Origin: Eledone cirrhosa
Lineage: Eukaryota
Assembly (NCBI GenBank): GCA_964016885.1
Contig: OZ024746.1
Coordinates: 75,082,001-75,146,000, forward strand
DNA: 64,000 nt
Reading direction: 5' to 3'
Of this stretch, positions 1 through 13,987 are shown piece by piece (within the stretch, counting starts at the first letter, position 1; every line of letters begins with the position of its first letter). Both the position numbers and the translations under genes were made by a program. Below the pieces are notes generated by a model that saw nothing but the letters and a program-made list of their open reading frames with translations, ran no database searches and was not told where the DNA came from.

Positions 1-170
1 AAAACTTGGTGGGTTTGCAAATTGGCGCCTGGAAAGGCAAATCGATACTGTTAAACTGTGTTGTCAGAAGCTGGAGGGACGAACTGCTGAAGTTGCTCGG
101 GGTCTGGTTCGGACAAGGTCTCAGGTAGATAAGAACTGGGACGAGGTAACGAGCAAGGTGGCCACTCTCA
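1..170 (+). mobile_element. Tx1/L1-like LINE RT fragment
   Basis: GLQIGAWKGK..LKLLGVWFG..DKNWDEVTSKV. Confidence 0.6.
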
Positions 171-535
171 AATTAGTGATCTATCTAGATAGGATACATA
201 TACGTTGACCGAGCTAATGGAAGCTGAATGCGTAAAGAAACAGAGACCGAATTAGCGAATGGTTGTTTACCCTGAAAAGTGTGATCAAATTAGAATCCAT
301 TAGATTTAGCAAGGCTGTAGTGATAGAAAAGAATAGACAAGAGGGAAAACAAGTTAGAAAGCTAGGCGAGGCGCTTAGTAAATGCATCGCGACCGACGTG
401 CAACCGGCGATATTGGCCCTCGAGCAATTTTTCAACTCTAAGCCCGAAGGTTGCGTTGTCAGAGCTAAGGCGCATGTACTAAGACATATATATATACAGA
501 CATACATTCATATATATATATATATATACATACAG

Positions 536-591
<56 letters not shown>

Positions 592-601
592 GTAACCCGA
601 G

Positions 602-900
602 TTTTTCGAATATTAATAATAACATTCGATTCGCTTGCAATTATGCAAACAAGCCTCAATGTTATAGCCATGTCAGTAGAATGAACCCTTCATTCTTGCT
701 CTTGTGTTGGCATGTCAACAAATCGAATGTTATTATTAATATTCGAAAAAAATCAAATTAGAAACATTAGTGTCTGCAGTTCTGTTCGCATGCCAACACA
801 AGAGCAAGAATGAAATGTTCATTCTACTGACATGGCTATAAAATTGAGGCTTGTTTGCATAATTGCAAACGAATCGAATGTTATTATTAATATTGGAAAA
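602..900. repeat. Inverted-repeat element next to (TA)n
   Basis: 602-715 is reverse-complementary to 786-900. Confidence 0.75.
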
Positions 901-1128
901 ACTCAGGTTACATTTATTGTATTCAGCCATGTAGAGTGACATTTTCTTTTATATATATCACGGGCGCTCTAGCTCAAAATTATTTTTGAAAAGCATTAGA
1001 AATGCGTAACCGGTAAAAACTTAAAACTAAAACTGAATACTAACCAATACTTATTACTAATTTTTACTTATTCCTAATTAAACTATTTTTCAGTGGGAAA
1101 AATTTATCAGCATTTTCTTTTCCTTTTA

Positions 1129-1187
<59 letters not shown>

Positions 1188-1399
1188 GTATGTATATATA
1201 TATATATATATAAATGTATGTACGTATATAAATATATATATATACACACACACACAGATAAATCTACCAATTAATGGTAGGGTCCATGCCTATTAAAGAA
1301 CTCAATGTAATCCGTATGTAGAATATGTCGTGAAGCAAAGTTTAAAATACAAAATTTCAACGATATAATTCATTGGAAGCAGAGTCAAAAATAATTAAA

Positions 1400-1745
1400 A
1401 TAGTGAAAACCATGAAATTAAACAAAATAGTAAAACTCATTATTTTACGATCGTTTCTGGAGGGGGGGGGGGGTGTAGTTCTCCGTATGTTCATTTTATC
1501 GGTGATCTATGTAAAATATACTACAAATTATCAAAGTAAGAAAATATACATACGTCTTCTCTAATGATTTCTGAAGACGGCGGGTGGAGAAGACGTATGT
1601 ATATTTTCTTACTTTGATAATTTGTAATATATTTTACATAGACCACTCATAAAATGAACATAAGGAGAACTACCCCCCGCCCTCAGAAACGATCGTAAAA
1701 TAATGAGTTTTACTATGAATGTTTAATTTCATGGTTTTCACTATT
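1400..1745. repeat. Inverted-repeat element containing the 1567-1701 hammerhead
   Basis: 1400-1560 mirrors 1588-1745. Confidence 0.8.
1567..1701 (+). ncRNA. Type I hammerhead ribozyme with ~110-nt stem II region
   Basis: attt-CTGAAGA-cggcggg...cccgccctca-GAAA-CGATCG-TA-aaat; palindromic stem III. Confidence 0.6.
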
Positions 1746-1762
1746 TGTATTATATATATATA

Positions 1763-1930
1763 TAGGAAAATGTATGACCCCGACGGCAGAGCTCAAGCCG
1801 TTTCGACGGGTATTTCTGGACAGAAATAGCCGTCGAAACGGCTTGAGTTCTGCCGTCGGGGTCATACATTTTTCTATTACCCACTCTACTACTCTAAGTA
1901 TTGAGTACTCTGGTGCGTTATGGTCCATCT
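1763..1930 (+). mobile_element. Short fold-back PLE-type end (family also at 27691-27875, 31575-31757, 39300-39425)
   Basis: Palindrome 1763-1876 followed by the shared tail tattacccactctactac..ggtgcgttatggtcca; adjacent to (TA)n. Confidence 0.7.
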
Positions 1931-2229
1931 GTTTGTATTTAAATCTAAACGTCTGATAAGCGAATCAATATACGAGTCAGGTCTATCACATCCATTAAGA
2001 CCTAGAACCAATCATCAGCGAAATATATGTAAAGTTCGGTATGCAATAAAAACATTCTTATGTGAAACTTCATTATCTCAATCCGAGGTTTACTTTGCCT
2101 TTCATCCTTACGGGGTCGATAAAATAAAGTACCAATAATGCACTGGGTAATTGCTGGCCTTGTGCCAAAAGTAGAAACAATTATCTCATATATATATATA
2201 TATAAATATATATCTATATATATATATTT

Positions 2230-2385
2230 CTTTTTGGTTGTGCGGATGATTAGTTTAACCACCATCTCAGTGTGTTTGGCCTTTAACGTGTAGCTCTAAT
2301 TCATAGGCATTATCGAGCGCTTGCCACACAACTCGGAAGTGTTTTTCGTTAATTCCTGAGCTGAAATGCGATTCTCGCTAATTTA

Positions 2386-2390
<5 letters not shown>
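2230..2390. repeat. Dispersed (TA)n-flanked repeat (also ~27480-27670 and 48600-48790)
   Basis: Shared tgtgcggatg..ccatcgtctcagtgtg..gccacaca..gattctcgctaattt. Confidence 0.65.
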
Positions 2391-2436
<46 letters not shown>

Positions 2437-2987
2437 AGAGAGGGGGGAGATAGATATATAGATAGATTCGCGTGTGTGAATGTGTTTATCATTAATGATC
2501 TGTGAGGAACGTGTTACCTCTTCCACCCTCCCCATTAATTTCAATGGCTTACATTTTCACCACGATATTATACTTCCTTCTTCCATTTTTCTTTCTTTCC
2601 TTTTCCTTCTTTTCTTTTCCTTTGTTTCAGTCCTGAGATTTCATGCTATAGGAAGTACCACACTTTTTGCATGACGTCACATAAGATTCTATGTGTACTT
2701 GTTATAGCTTAATTGCTATAAATTAATGTTTTGTCTCTCATCTCTTACTCAACTGGTCAGCGTTTGCACTTATGTCTGACGCTGTGCCCCCGGGTGGATC
2801 AGCAGTAGCGTTTGTTGGGGTTGAAACTACCAAAGTCCATCTCAACGGCCGGTCACCCTGGCGTTGTGTGTTTTTCGTTTATACTTTCATTTGTTTTAAA
2901 TCATTTTTTAAGGTTCTCCTTAAGAAATTGCCTTGTTTTTCGTTCATTTTCCTACCCTCTCTTTGTTAATTTTCCTAAGTTTATCAT

Positions 2988-3084
<97 letters not shown>

Positions 3085-4190
3085 CTGTGTTTATATCTTT
3101 TAAACTGGCAGTTCCACAGAAAGAGGTTGATGAAGTAAGTAACAGGCTTGCAGAGATATGTACTGGGGACGATATGATCGATTAAATCCCTTAAAGACAT
3201 TGTCACAGTCTAATAAAAGAAACCAGTAAAGAATATATGAAATGAAACAATATAAAAGTTACGTAAAGTTTTTCTCGGGATGCTTGGTGGGAAATCCTGT
3301 GTTTAAAGAGATATTAGGAGGTTATAAATGCCAATACAAACACTTGCACCTGTTGAGTTTTACTTCAGTTTATTAATATTAAAGTAACTAATCGATTTAT
3401 CGGTTAGTTTAGTAACTGGGTGATTGTTCAACAGTTAATTGTCAAAGTTATTTCATCGCACATTTTGTGACCTTCTCAATGATTACTCTTGCTTCTCTGT
3501 GTCTCCTCTTTTAGTCTAATCTTGTTCTATTTACACCATCTTCTTTGTGTCTTAGAAGGTCTAACTTCTATTTAGCCACAAGACGCCCGCGACTGCTCAA
3601 CTGCATCAGTAACAGCAGAATCTTCACAGTATCAAGATAAATGCCTGCTGATGGCAATACCGTAACACCATTGATAATGAAATTGCAGCAAATGTTTAAA
3701 TTTTAAACTAAATCTGCCGTCTGATATATTAAAGACGGTTGCAGTCCATTAGATTATGATTTTTCCTGGGATTTTCTTCATGTTGCCTTCTGTATGAAGT
3801 TCACGCGTTATCTATGCTTTTTTTTTTTCTTTTCGCACTCTTTTCAAAAACACATAATTAACCAATTGAGATTGAAATAACTAATTCATTTTAGTTATCA
3901 TGTGGAGTTAATCGAGCTAATTCTGATAAATTAAATCATATTTCTATCGGGAAAATACTACAATGATAAATAAACGATACTCACACACATATATATAAAT
4001 ACGTACACACAATTCATATATAATATATATGTAAATATATACGTCAATCCGAGGTTTACTTTGCCTTTCATGCTTACGGGGACGATAAAATAAAGTACCA
4101 GTAATGTACTGTGTAATTGCTGGCCTTGTGCCAAAAGTAGAAACAATTATTTCTGTAATGTACTGGGTAATTGTGCCAAAAGTGGAAACA

Positions 4191-4322
4191 ATTATTTCTG
4201 AAGACAGCATATATATGTGAAGGTATGTATATTTCCTCTGATAGTTTGTAAAATTTTTACATAGATCTATATGATATACATACCAACACACATATATATC
4301 CTAGAAACGATCGTAAAATGAT
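4191..4322 (+). ncRNA. Type I hammerhead ribozyme, long stem II (duplicate at 19520-19651)
   Basis: attattt-CTGAAGA-...atatatatgtg...cacatatatat..-GAAA-CGATCG-TA-aaatgat; 7-bp stem I. Confidence 0.6.
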
Positions 4323-4372
4323 GAATTTTTTAATAGAAGGAACTTGTTCTTTGTTTTTATTCATTGTTTTTA

Positions 4373-4438
<66 letters not shown>

Positions 4439-5987
4439 TGCACACATATATATATATATATATAAATACGTACACACAATTCATATATAATATATATGTA
4501 AATATATACGTCATTTATTTATCTTTATTATGAATAACTACCCCATTTCATACATTAACCACAGAATGAGGTAAATTATTCTTGGTAACAATAATGTGAA
4601 CACTTGCGGAGATCGAATCACACATCTGCCGAATACCGGGCGACTGCGGTAAACTTTACACTAAAGTGACCTGGCTAACCTTTCAACGTCTAATTAAAAG
4701 TCTTAGCAGATGACTAGAAGTGAAAGCAAACCAATAAGTTTACGAATTAAAAGATTTATTAACGACAACCAAAATAACACACGAAATCATATATGCAGCT
4801 TTAAAACATTTCTATTTATTTTTATATATTTTTTTTCAGAAAAATGCAATTCTAATCATTACTACTTCGAAGTCTGATCCTTGGTGAAATTAAAAACCAT
4901 TTCTGAAATATGAAAAATATATCAAAGATTAAACATGTGTCTTCAAGATAATTTGATGCATCTATTATCTGAAGTAAAACAATTTCTTTCATATATCCAT
5001 TGCATATTCTTTTACTGGGGTACAGTGTAAGATTATGAAACAGATTAGTGCAGTAAGTGACATGAATTTCAATCCGTTCAGACTTGAATCAGGTAAAGAT
5101 ATTACTTCTTGCTTGCCGTTTTTGTGTCCTTTTAATATAAATATCGTAACATGAGATGCATTCATCATAAATGTATGCCTAGCACATAATCGACACAGGA
5201 CAAATGAAAGAGAAATTAAAATGTAGGTGCATGGGAAATCAGGATCCCAATTGATTAGAATACGAAACCTCAGAATTTATATAAGTACACTACCTTTTCC
5301 AGCAGATACATTCACTTTTATCGAAAAAGAGAAAATATGAAGAAAATTGTAAAGATAGCTTAAGAGGCTGAATGATCATTAAGTTATTCTCTCTTTAGAA
5401 ATATTTCAATCAGCATTTTAAAGTTACTTAACTCGACGGTAGGTGATCTCCGAATTGCACTCGATAGGTTTGATGCCGAGTGCTGCATGGCTGAAACGAA
5501 CATCAGTGTTGCGATAACTATATATTAATGGTCTAAATCTATATGTTAATGGTCTCGCTCGGGGAACCAGCTGGATCAGTTGGAGACGGTTGTTTCTGAC
5601 AGGACCCACTGGAAGAAGTGTTTGAAGTCTCTACTCACACGCCTTTCTCAAGAAGAAGAAGAAGAAGAAGCATTGTAGAGGAATAGGCAAACCAAATAAA
5701 GTCATATGATTGTGTTCTATTCTGAAGGCAATTTCGAGAAACCTCATTACACTCACTCTGATAATCTGAGGAAAACCGAACTGTCAAAGTTCCTATTTTG
5801 TCCTCATTTAAAATATAAATGATCTGTGGCAGTTAAAAGAACTTTTTTTATTTTTCTAACCCGAAACATTTTCTCAGTTTTCTTTTACTGTTGGTGAAAC
5901 GTGTATCTATAACTTTTCATACTTGAAAATTTAGATCTTCTAATAAAAAGAAAAGATGTCATAAAATGAATTAAAAAATTAATCACA

Positions 5988-6166
5988 TTAGTTCCTGCAA
6001 TCTGCGTTAGATCGTTCAGCACATCTTTGCTCTCGGACGTTAAAGTAAAGACCGAATTGGCATGGCATGGACGGGAATGATGTTCGGTTGTAGCAAGGAA
6101 TATATCTTGTGCAATCATTGGGGTCACGGTTATTTCCGAATGGGAATTGGTTACAGAGAGGATCAT
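5988..6166 (-). CDS. CBM14 paralog 1, coding exon 2 (domain 2, stop); full protein 151 aa
   Basis: Acceptor ttccttttcag|AT, phase 1. Reads (N)DPLCNQFPFGNNRDPNDCTRYIPCYNRTSFPSMPCQFGLYFNVREQRCAERSNADCRN*, six Cys. This is a different frame from the listed ORF 5885..6166. Confidence 0.92.
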
Positions 6167-6929
6167 CTGAAAAGGAAATATTTTGATCTTAATAAATGCA
6201 CTTCAAGGGTTTTTTATTTGTACATTCTATGTGTATATCTACTTTCCGATATTTATGTGAGGGTAGATAATTATGTTAATGTTTGTGCATATTCTTAGTA
6301 TTTTTTAAATATGTATTATTTATATTAAGTTATACATATATATTTAAATGAAATCATACGATAATTTTCAACATAATTATGATTGAATTCTATTATTAAT
6401 TAATAATTCATAAAGTTAATCACACACTTATTACTTCATCATACACATTTAGCTTTAATGTGATTATCCCAACCCTGAAATACTATTTTTGTTTCTTCTG
6501 TTAGAGTATATATTCATATATATTTATAATTCTAGGTTATTTTTTATCGTACTATTCTGTCGTTAGGTGAGAATAAGTTTATGTCTAACAGTTTGCAGGC
6601 TTATATAAACTAGGAATGGTTATCAATACTTATATTATGTACCACCCGTATTTGTATAAAGTAATGGAAGGGTAATTATATGATTATGAACACTTTACAA
6701 CTTTTGATATAATTCAGAAATATTAATATGTACACTTATGAATTGAATACTTCGATATTGTATTTATACTGTTTCATACATTTGATATGTTGCCTTTACG
6801 GAATTTATATACGCTTGTGTTTGTCTTGAATAATTTTTATTTGTGTCTATTACACGTCTATTAGGTTTTAAGGGTTTGTGAGTCTATTCCTTTTATATGG
6901 TTTGGGAGTGGTTGTGTGTGTAGTGCGTC

Positions 6930-7790
6930 TATATGGGAAGGTGGGTCTTCTGTATTACTGCATAACACCAGATATCTCAATCCCATGTCATCGTCTTTGA
7001 GAGGTGCAATTGTGCAAGGTCAGCATTTATCACCTCATCCCAAGACTTCCCAGGTCTTCCTATTCCGTAGCAACCATCAAATACGAGCGCCCTGTATCTT
7101 TTTATACAGCTGTCATCCTTCATACGTATCACATATCCACACCAACGCAATCGTCTCTCTTGCACACTGCATACGATCCCTCTTATGCCACGTTTCTCAG
7201 TTCTTTTTTACTTTGTCATTTATGCCGTTCATCCATTAAGCATATCGGCTTCATTTCTTTCCAATATTCGCAGATCCACTGCATACAGAGCCTAGGTTTC
7301 ATTACCATGCAACATAGCTGCTCGTACACATGCATCATACACTCTGCCCTTCATTTTGAGGGGAAACTCTTTTGTAGCTACAGCGGTAGTAGCTCCTTAA
7401 ATCTTTTCCATCCGTCCTCACTCTGGCTACTGTACATTTCGAACACCCATCTCCACTGATTCTGGTACTTCTTCTTGGGACAAATCCGAACTGCATCTCA
7501 TCTAAGTTAATTCGCTCCCAGATCAGTTGTACAATGGCTCTTTCTATAACTTTCATGATCTGGTCCATCAGTTTTATGCCTCGGTAGTTCCCCCTTTCTA
7601 GGGCGTCACCCTTGCCCTTATATCAGTTGACGATGCTGCTGCTACACTAGTCATTGAGTATGGCACCAATTTGTATAATTTGGTTTACAATATAGGTGGT
7701 TATAGTGTGTCCTACCATCCCAGATGCTTTCAGCATCACAGCAACTATAGCCCGATGGCCCCACTCGTGCCTGTTTTTATGTCCTTAATT
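6930..7790 (-). mobile_element. RTE-clade LINE fragments in the paralog 1 intron
   Basis: GKGDALERGNYRGIKLMDQIMKVIER..LDEMQFGFVP; RRLRWCGYVIRM..GRPGKSW. Confidence 0.8.
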
Positions 7791-8112
7791 GCTTTACTCA
7801 AATCATTGACTGGCAATTGACTTCTGAATAAACTGTATTTTTATCGACTCCCGAACACTCTCTAACCTTGATACTAGGAGGGTGTCACAAAAGAGATAAG
7901 AGTGCCTGTTGCAAACGGCTTGGATATTGAGAATGGTTCTGGACTACCAGGAATAGTGAAATGACAAGAAAGGATATGAAAACGTTGGAGTTACTCTAGG
8001 CTACCAGTTGTAACCCGGTATTCCTTAAAATAACCGACCCAAACGCAACAACAAAATTGGTTGTGATAAATAGTCAAATAACAATGAAATAGATATTGTT
8101 CAATAAACTTAC

Positions 8113-8389
8113 TGTATTTTCCTCCATAAATCTTACGGTTGCAGTCATCATATTCGCTACCCGGGGAGACACAAACCTGTTGTGATTGAGAAAACACTGT
8201 GCCTCTACCACATGCTAATGGGTAGGGAAACATGGCGTTGCATAAGTAGAATTCACTGCAATTATTTGGTGATCGCATATAAGATGACCCTGGTCGTATT
8301 TCTGTGTTCCTACACAGAGTCATGATATCTTGACTATAGACTGCTGTCACTGCAAGAAATAGAACGATGGCGGCAACACGAAACTCCAT
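8113..8389 (-). CDS. CBM14/peritrophin-A chitin-binding protein paralog 1, coding exon 1 (signal peptide + domain 1)
   Basis: ATG at 8389. MEFRVAAIVLFLAVTAVYS is a hydrophobic signal peptide, followed by a six-Cys domain with CBM14 spacing (C26, C44, C50, C60, C73, C83; CGRGTVFS). Ends TAC A|GTAAGT, a phase-1 donor at 8112. Confidence 0.92.
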
Positions 8390-8510
8390 TCTTATTGTAT
8401 TTTATCAACTGTGAAATCAAAGGAGAGTTAAAACAAATTACTTGCAATGAATCTACCACTACTCGATTGCAACCTTGGTATGTGTGAATCTGTTGCTTTA
8501 AAGTAGTCTC

Positions 8511-8517
8511 TTATATA
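8511..8517 (-). promoter_or_regulatory. TATA box of CBM14 paralog 1
   Basis: TATATAA about 125 bp upstream of the ATG; positionally conserved with paralog 2. Confidence 0.6.
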
Positions 8518-8776
8518 GTCTATGAACAGGGTGTAGGTAAGGTTTAGGGTTGGAGTAAGGGTAATGCTTAGGTTGAATGCATGATTGACACAAGAGATTG
8601 GTCTCTATTTTTTTAAGAAAAGTTGAACTAGGCTTGATAACCTATTTAGGAGTTTATCTTCTTCTTCTTCTTCTTCTTCTTCTTCTTCTTCTTCTTCTTC
8701 TTCTTCTTCTTGTCATAAATTTGATGTAAAGAAATTATGTATACGTAAATGTATGTATATATATATATATATGTAT

Positions 8777-8829
<53 letters not shown>

Positions 8830-9569
8830 TGTGTGTGTTTGCACGCAATAGTAATAAATCTTATCTCTTCTCGTGTTTATTGATTTTGTGTACAATCAAA
8901 AATTTGTTTTATATATAAAAATTGGAATTTATGTATAGAACACTCATAGAGGTAAAGAAAACAATTAAATACCTATGTATGAATACAGTTAGATAAGCCG
9001 TTAAAAACATATCATATGCAACTGCAGCCCACACATACACAAATATAATCCCATATAGTTACACAGGGATAAACATCAAACCAAACACAAAGTAATCACA
9101 AAATAATTTTATATCAAAATAATAACAAAGTTGAATAACACAAATAGATGGCTTTAAAATCTAAGACAACAAAAAATTTTGTCGATCGACTTTCGTCAAA
9201 TCGGACCGAGTAAACAATGTTTCCGTTGGTGCTTCCGATTGCTGATACTATCAACTCCAGGTGGAAGGAGGAACGTGAAATAAAGTGTCTTGCTCAAGGA
9301 CATAACGCATCGCCAGGTCCAGGAATCGAACTGACAACCTCACGATTGCGATACCAGTTCTCTAACCACTCAGCCGCATGCCTTCACGAAGACAACAAAA
9401 TGTCTAAATAATTCCAATTTCTATTAGCAGCGATGTTTTGGATTGCTTATCAATTCTAAAAGTCTTTGAATCGTACTCTACCACTGGGAGGTTAATTGTT
9501 TAAGATAAATGTGTACGCTAAAATGATGTTACAGGATGAAAAGGAAAACACACACAGACACACACACAC

Positions 9570-9666
<97 letters not shown>

Positions 9667-10032
9667 TATACCATTTCCTTCTTTATATATATATATATAT
9701 ATATACACATATATTAGAATTGGTGATCTGAAATAGCGATACATATATGAATGTATATATAGTGTATTTTGCAATACACTGTATTGCAAAATACACTATA
9801 CTATATATATACATTCATATATATATACATTTACTTATATATAATTTCTTTACAACAAATTGACTATTGAATAATAAAAATCTTTAATATAAAAATTTTA
9901 AATTAAAAATTGAATAATAAATATTAACAAAAAACACGACCACTAAGAAAAAGAAGATATATGACTGTTTGCATGCAAACACGCACACACACGCACACAC
10001 ACGCACACACACATGTATATATATATGTATAA

Positions 10033-10203
<171 letters not shown>

Positions 10204-10353
10204 ATACTTTGGGAGGGTCATGTTGCCAATAAGAAACACACGCACCAGTTGCTTTCACTTCAATTTATTATATACTTATAAATTTACAAATTTATAAATT
10301 TATAAATTTCTGGTTGGTTGATTGGTTCCACAACCAGATAGTTGTTTATATAT

Positions 10354-10398
10354 AGTCATAGTCCTTTCGTCACACACTCTGTGATCTCTTCAGTGACT
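10354..10398 (-). ncRNA. Hammerhead ribozyme copy (one stem II mismatch)
   Basis: Reverse complement of the 12888 motif, with atcac in place of gtcac. Confidence 0.65.
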
Positions 10399-10610
10399 GG
10401 GGATTCCTTTCTTTGTTTCTGTGCCTTTCCTTTGTTCTGTCCTACGCCATTTTGTTTCTGTGTGTGTGTTGTGTGCCCAGTTTGCGCATGCGCCACATCC
10501 GGGTGTCTGTGTGTGTTTATGTTCATTTATCTATTTGTTTATTTATTTATTTATTTACATGTTATTGGTTGGTTGTTTGTTCTATGTGTGTGTGTGTTTT
10601 CATTTTGTCC

Positions 10611-12803
10611 TTAATTGTAAGTTGTGATGTTGCTGTTCCACTCATATTTTCTATTTAATTTTGGTTGTAATTCTTTTATGTTTATTGCCTCTGTAATTTG
10701 TCTAAACATTGCATCTTTTCTGTGTGTAGATTCTATTTTTATTTCTGTTCTCTAATTTACCCTTGTGTTCTATCTTAGCATGTTGGTAGAGCACAGATGA
10801 TTCTTTATTATCTTGAAGGTCTCGCCAGTGTTCATTTATCCGTTCCCCTATACTACGAGCTGTCTCACCTATGTACACTATATTTTTGTTTCTACATTGT
10901 CCTTCAGTACATCTTATGCTATACACTACATTTCTAGTTTTACAGTTAATATGGGGGCTTATTTTACAGGTTATACATTTCTTATCTATACATGAGGGTC
11001 TTTGAAAAGGGTATGTCTTGCTAATAAGTGTTTTTACGGAGGTACCTGGTCTTTCTACTATCTTAATATTGAGTTTATGTTTATTTAGGGCCCTTCTAAA
11101 TTTGTAGGCTAGTTCGCCTCTAGGGGTTGTATCGATGAACATTACACTCTGGTATTTATTGCTATCATACCATGAGTTTATTCTATTAGCCTTGTTCCTA
11201 GTTCTTTCTATTCTATTCCAAAATTTGCTCCTATACAAGGGGCAGGTCCCATTTATGTCATTATTTACCATTTTTTCCCATTTGGTTCTGGCTCCTCTAT
11301 ACACTCTGATTCTATCTGTCTGATTGTAGCCAGAGAACTGCATACGGTGGATGAAGTGTTGTATGTGTCTCTCTAGTTCTTCGGGGTTGCACATGCGGGA
11401 CACATTTCTCATCACCCGTACCAAATCCGCAATCAGTATGTTGATTTTGGTATGGTCCGAAATGGCCGAGTTTCGGTAGATCAGATGTTTGGAAGTCATG
11501 GGTTTGGCATAATGGGAATGGAGGATTTGTTTTTGGTTGTTAATGGTATCTAACCAGAGCTCTGTGTCTAGTACAGGTAATCGATGGTTGGGGTCTCTAC
11601 TTGGGTAGTCTATAGTAACTCTAATGCTCTGGTGGATGGAGTTTGCTATTTGCTGGATGCTTTCCATTGTGTTTTTCTCTAGTTCCTGACTGTTCTCTAG
11701 TGGGGGTGTCTTAACTACGATGTTTATATCATCTACGTAGCGGGAGTACATTATCAGGGTTAAGCTGTCATCTAATTGTTCTTTAAGTTTAAGTTTAAGT
11801 CTACTGTCCCACCATACCATGAATAAGTTAGCTATGTCGCCTGCAATGCTAACACCAATGGCTGCTCCTTCCTCTTGGGCATATGTTTTTCATTAAATTT
11901 GAACATATGTTCCTTAAGGGTTAGTTTTATGCTGGCCCCTACCGCATGTGCAATCATTTTCTTCAGTTCATCGTGGTTTTCGGGTGTCCGTATGGCTCTG
12001 GTCCACCCGTTCCATCTATCTGTGTGGGTTTTCTTGGCCATTGAGGTAATGGTAGGTGGTCTGCCTCTTGCTGGTCTTGTAGGGCACAGGTTGCTAAGGT
12101 CATATGTGTCTAGGTAACTATTACTATAGGTAAGCTTAAGTAGAAGTCCCAGCTCACTGGTATCAATCCCACGGAACTCAACCTTGCTCTCGCTGATCAT
12201 TTCTACGCATTTCTCCACAGCAAAATCCACGTCAATAGATGGATACAGGGACACAACATCCATACTGCCTATTATGCAGTTTGTCAGGTCCCCAGATCGG
12301 TTACTCACGCCGATTCTGCTGAGGAGGTCCTCCGTGCTGTCACATACATCTGGGGACATTTCAATGATGGGGCGTATGATCAGGGAGAGGAAGTAGGACA
12401 GTCTGTAGTTACTAGCAATGTTAGCTCCACAGACTGGCCGTGTTGGTGGTCCCGCGACAGGGTCACAGCCCGTTTTATGGTCTTTTCGAAGCCCATACGA
12501 CGCCGGCACGTCATTGTTCCATGTCTGGAAGTTGTTGGCAGTCCTTTTGTTGGGCTGCATTATATTCGTCCACATCACCATATGGGCATTGAGGGCTTTT
12601 TCTCTATCCTCATGCTCTTGTGGTGTTACCTCTCTTGTGTTAGTGATGTGGGGTTGCATTGCCTGGATGTAGTTTGGCAGGCTGTCAACCGACATTCTGC
12701 CAGACTTGTCTGTTGGAAAGCATGCTATCTCTCCATTACGTGAGCGCTGCATGAGCTTACGCAAGCCATTTGCAGATTTTTCTCCCAGTTGCTGGGCCTC
12801 CAT
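10611..12803 (-). pseudogene. PLE reverse transcriptase-GIY-YIG endonuclease ORF with two frameshifts
   Basis: Motifs PTDKSG, TRPVCGA, GSMDVVSLYPSID, GAAIG, RYVDD, LPVLD, CxxxxCxxC, NVVYSIRC, YIGETARSIGERINEH. Frameshifts near 11888 (A-run) and near 10748; the restored C-terminus ends RQITEAINI...LNRKYEWNSNITTYN*. Confidence 0.88.
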
Positions 12804-12887
12804 TCAGAGGCAAAATGGCGTAGGACAGAAACAAAATGGCGTAAGACAGAACAAAGGAAAGGCACAGAAACAAAGAAAGGAATCCCC

Positions 12888-12932
12888 AGTCACTGAAGAG
12901 GTCACAGAGTGTGTGACGAAAGGACTATGACT
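12888..12932 (+). ncRNA. Minimal type I hammerhead ribozyme in PLE pseudo-LTR
   Basis: agtca-CTGAAGA-g-gtcaca..tgtgac-GAAA-ggac-TA-tgact; stems I and II pair. Confidence 0.75.
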
Positions 12933-13136
12933 ATATATAAACAACTATCTGGTTGTGGAACCAACCAACCAACCAGAAATTTATAAATTTGTAAATTTAT
13001 AAGTATATAATAAATTGAAGTGAAAGCAACTGGTGCGTGTGTTTCTTATTGGCAACATGACCCTCCCAAAGTATAACAATATCGGTTTCAACACACGATT
13101 TCAGATAAAGAATCTTGCTAAACAAATTCAGAAACG

Positions 13137-13171
<35 letters not shown>

Positions 13172-13798
13172 GAGGTTATATTTAATTTGTTGGGATTCAA
13201 CAAGCTTAAACATTTTTATAACTGGAACTTTATCCAGGGAACTTCAACCGTTAAGGTTGTCTTTTTTCCGGGTATGACAATATTTATTTATAAAACAAAT
13301 CTGTATTTTATCTGCGCACTTGGTTGACCTTGAAATATCATTATCTATAAAAGGCAGATTGTTGTTGTTGTTGTGTGTGTGTGCATGTTCCATGTTTATA
13401 CATTTGCACAATTTCAAACCGATTCGACTCAAAGTCTGTAAGAATGTTGTAAATGGTCTAACTTAGCTCAACGACTATTTATTTCGTTCAAACTCACTAC
13501 TCCCCTTAAAATTCGATAAAACTACATACATGCTTAGAAACTTCCTTTAGGAATGCCGAAGAGAGAGAGAAGAGAGTGAGAGGGAGTGAGAGAGAAGAGA
13601 GTGAGAGGGAGAGAGAGAGAACGTTTGTTTATGAGTGTGGAACGGTCAAACATTTATTTACTTCAATGACAAAGAGAACTTATTACACTTCATACGAAAC
13701 AACAATTATTCAAAAGCAACAGATAAATTTATTCAACAAAAGCAACAGATAAATTTATTCAACAAAAGCAACAGATACATTTATTCAACAACAAAAAA

Positions 13799-13987
13799 CA
13801 TATCCTCTATGAGGTCACTAAACCTGCTAGAAACAGCAGCTAACTCTCCCCCACATCACACCACTCCCTACTGTCTTAAATTTAGAAAACACATATCTTC
13901 TATGAGGTCACTAAACCTGCTAGAAACAGCAGCTAACTCTCCCCCATATCACGCCCCTCCCTACTGTCTTAAATTTAGAAAACACAC
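13799..13987 (+). repeat. Tandem duplication of a ~93-bp unit
   Basis: atatcctctatgaggtcactaaacctgctagaaacagcagc...ttagaaaacac occurs twice. Confidence 0.85.

Larger units (their letters stand above)
4047..6889. repeat. Near-identical duplicated block, copy A (exon 2 plus 3' flank of paralog 1)
   Basis: Colinear and nearly identical to 19378-22017. Copy A has extra sequence at about 6202-6417 and about 5671-5750. Confidence 0.9.

Noticed and set aside
4600-4677. Functional tRNA gene
   Set aside because: Only degenerate A/B-box similarity, and the acceptor stem does not pair well.
5885-6166. Listed ORFs MILSVTNSHS... (also 21300..21539) and the antisense MAWTGMMFGC...
   Set aside because: Wrong-frame or antisense shadows of CBM14 exon 2; the phase-1 frame gives the conserved six-Cys domain.
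10400-11050. Selenoprotein/SECIS possibility, as described for some Naiad PLEs
   Set aside because: The Cys positions have ordinary Cys codons with no in-frame TGA, and I see no convincing SECIS hairpin in the 3' UTR.
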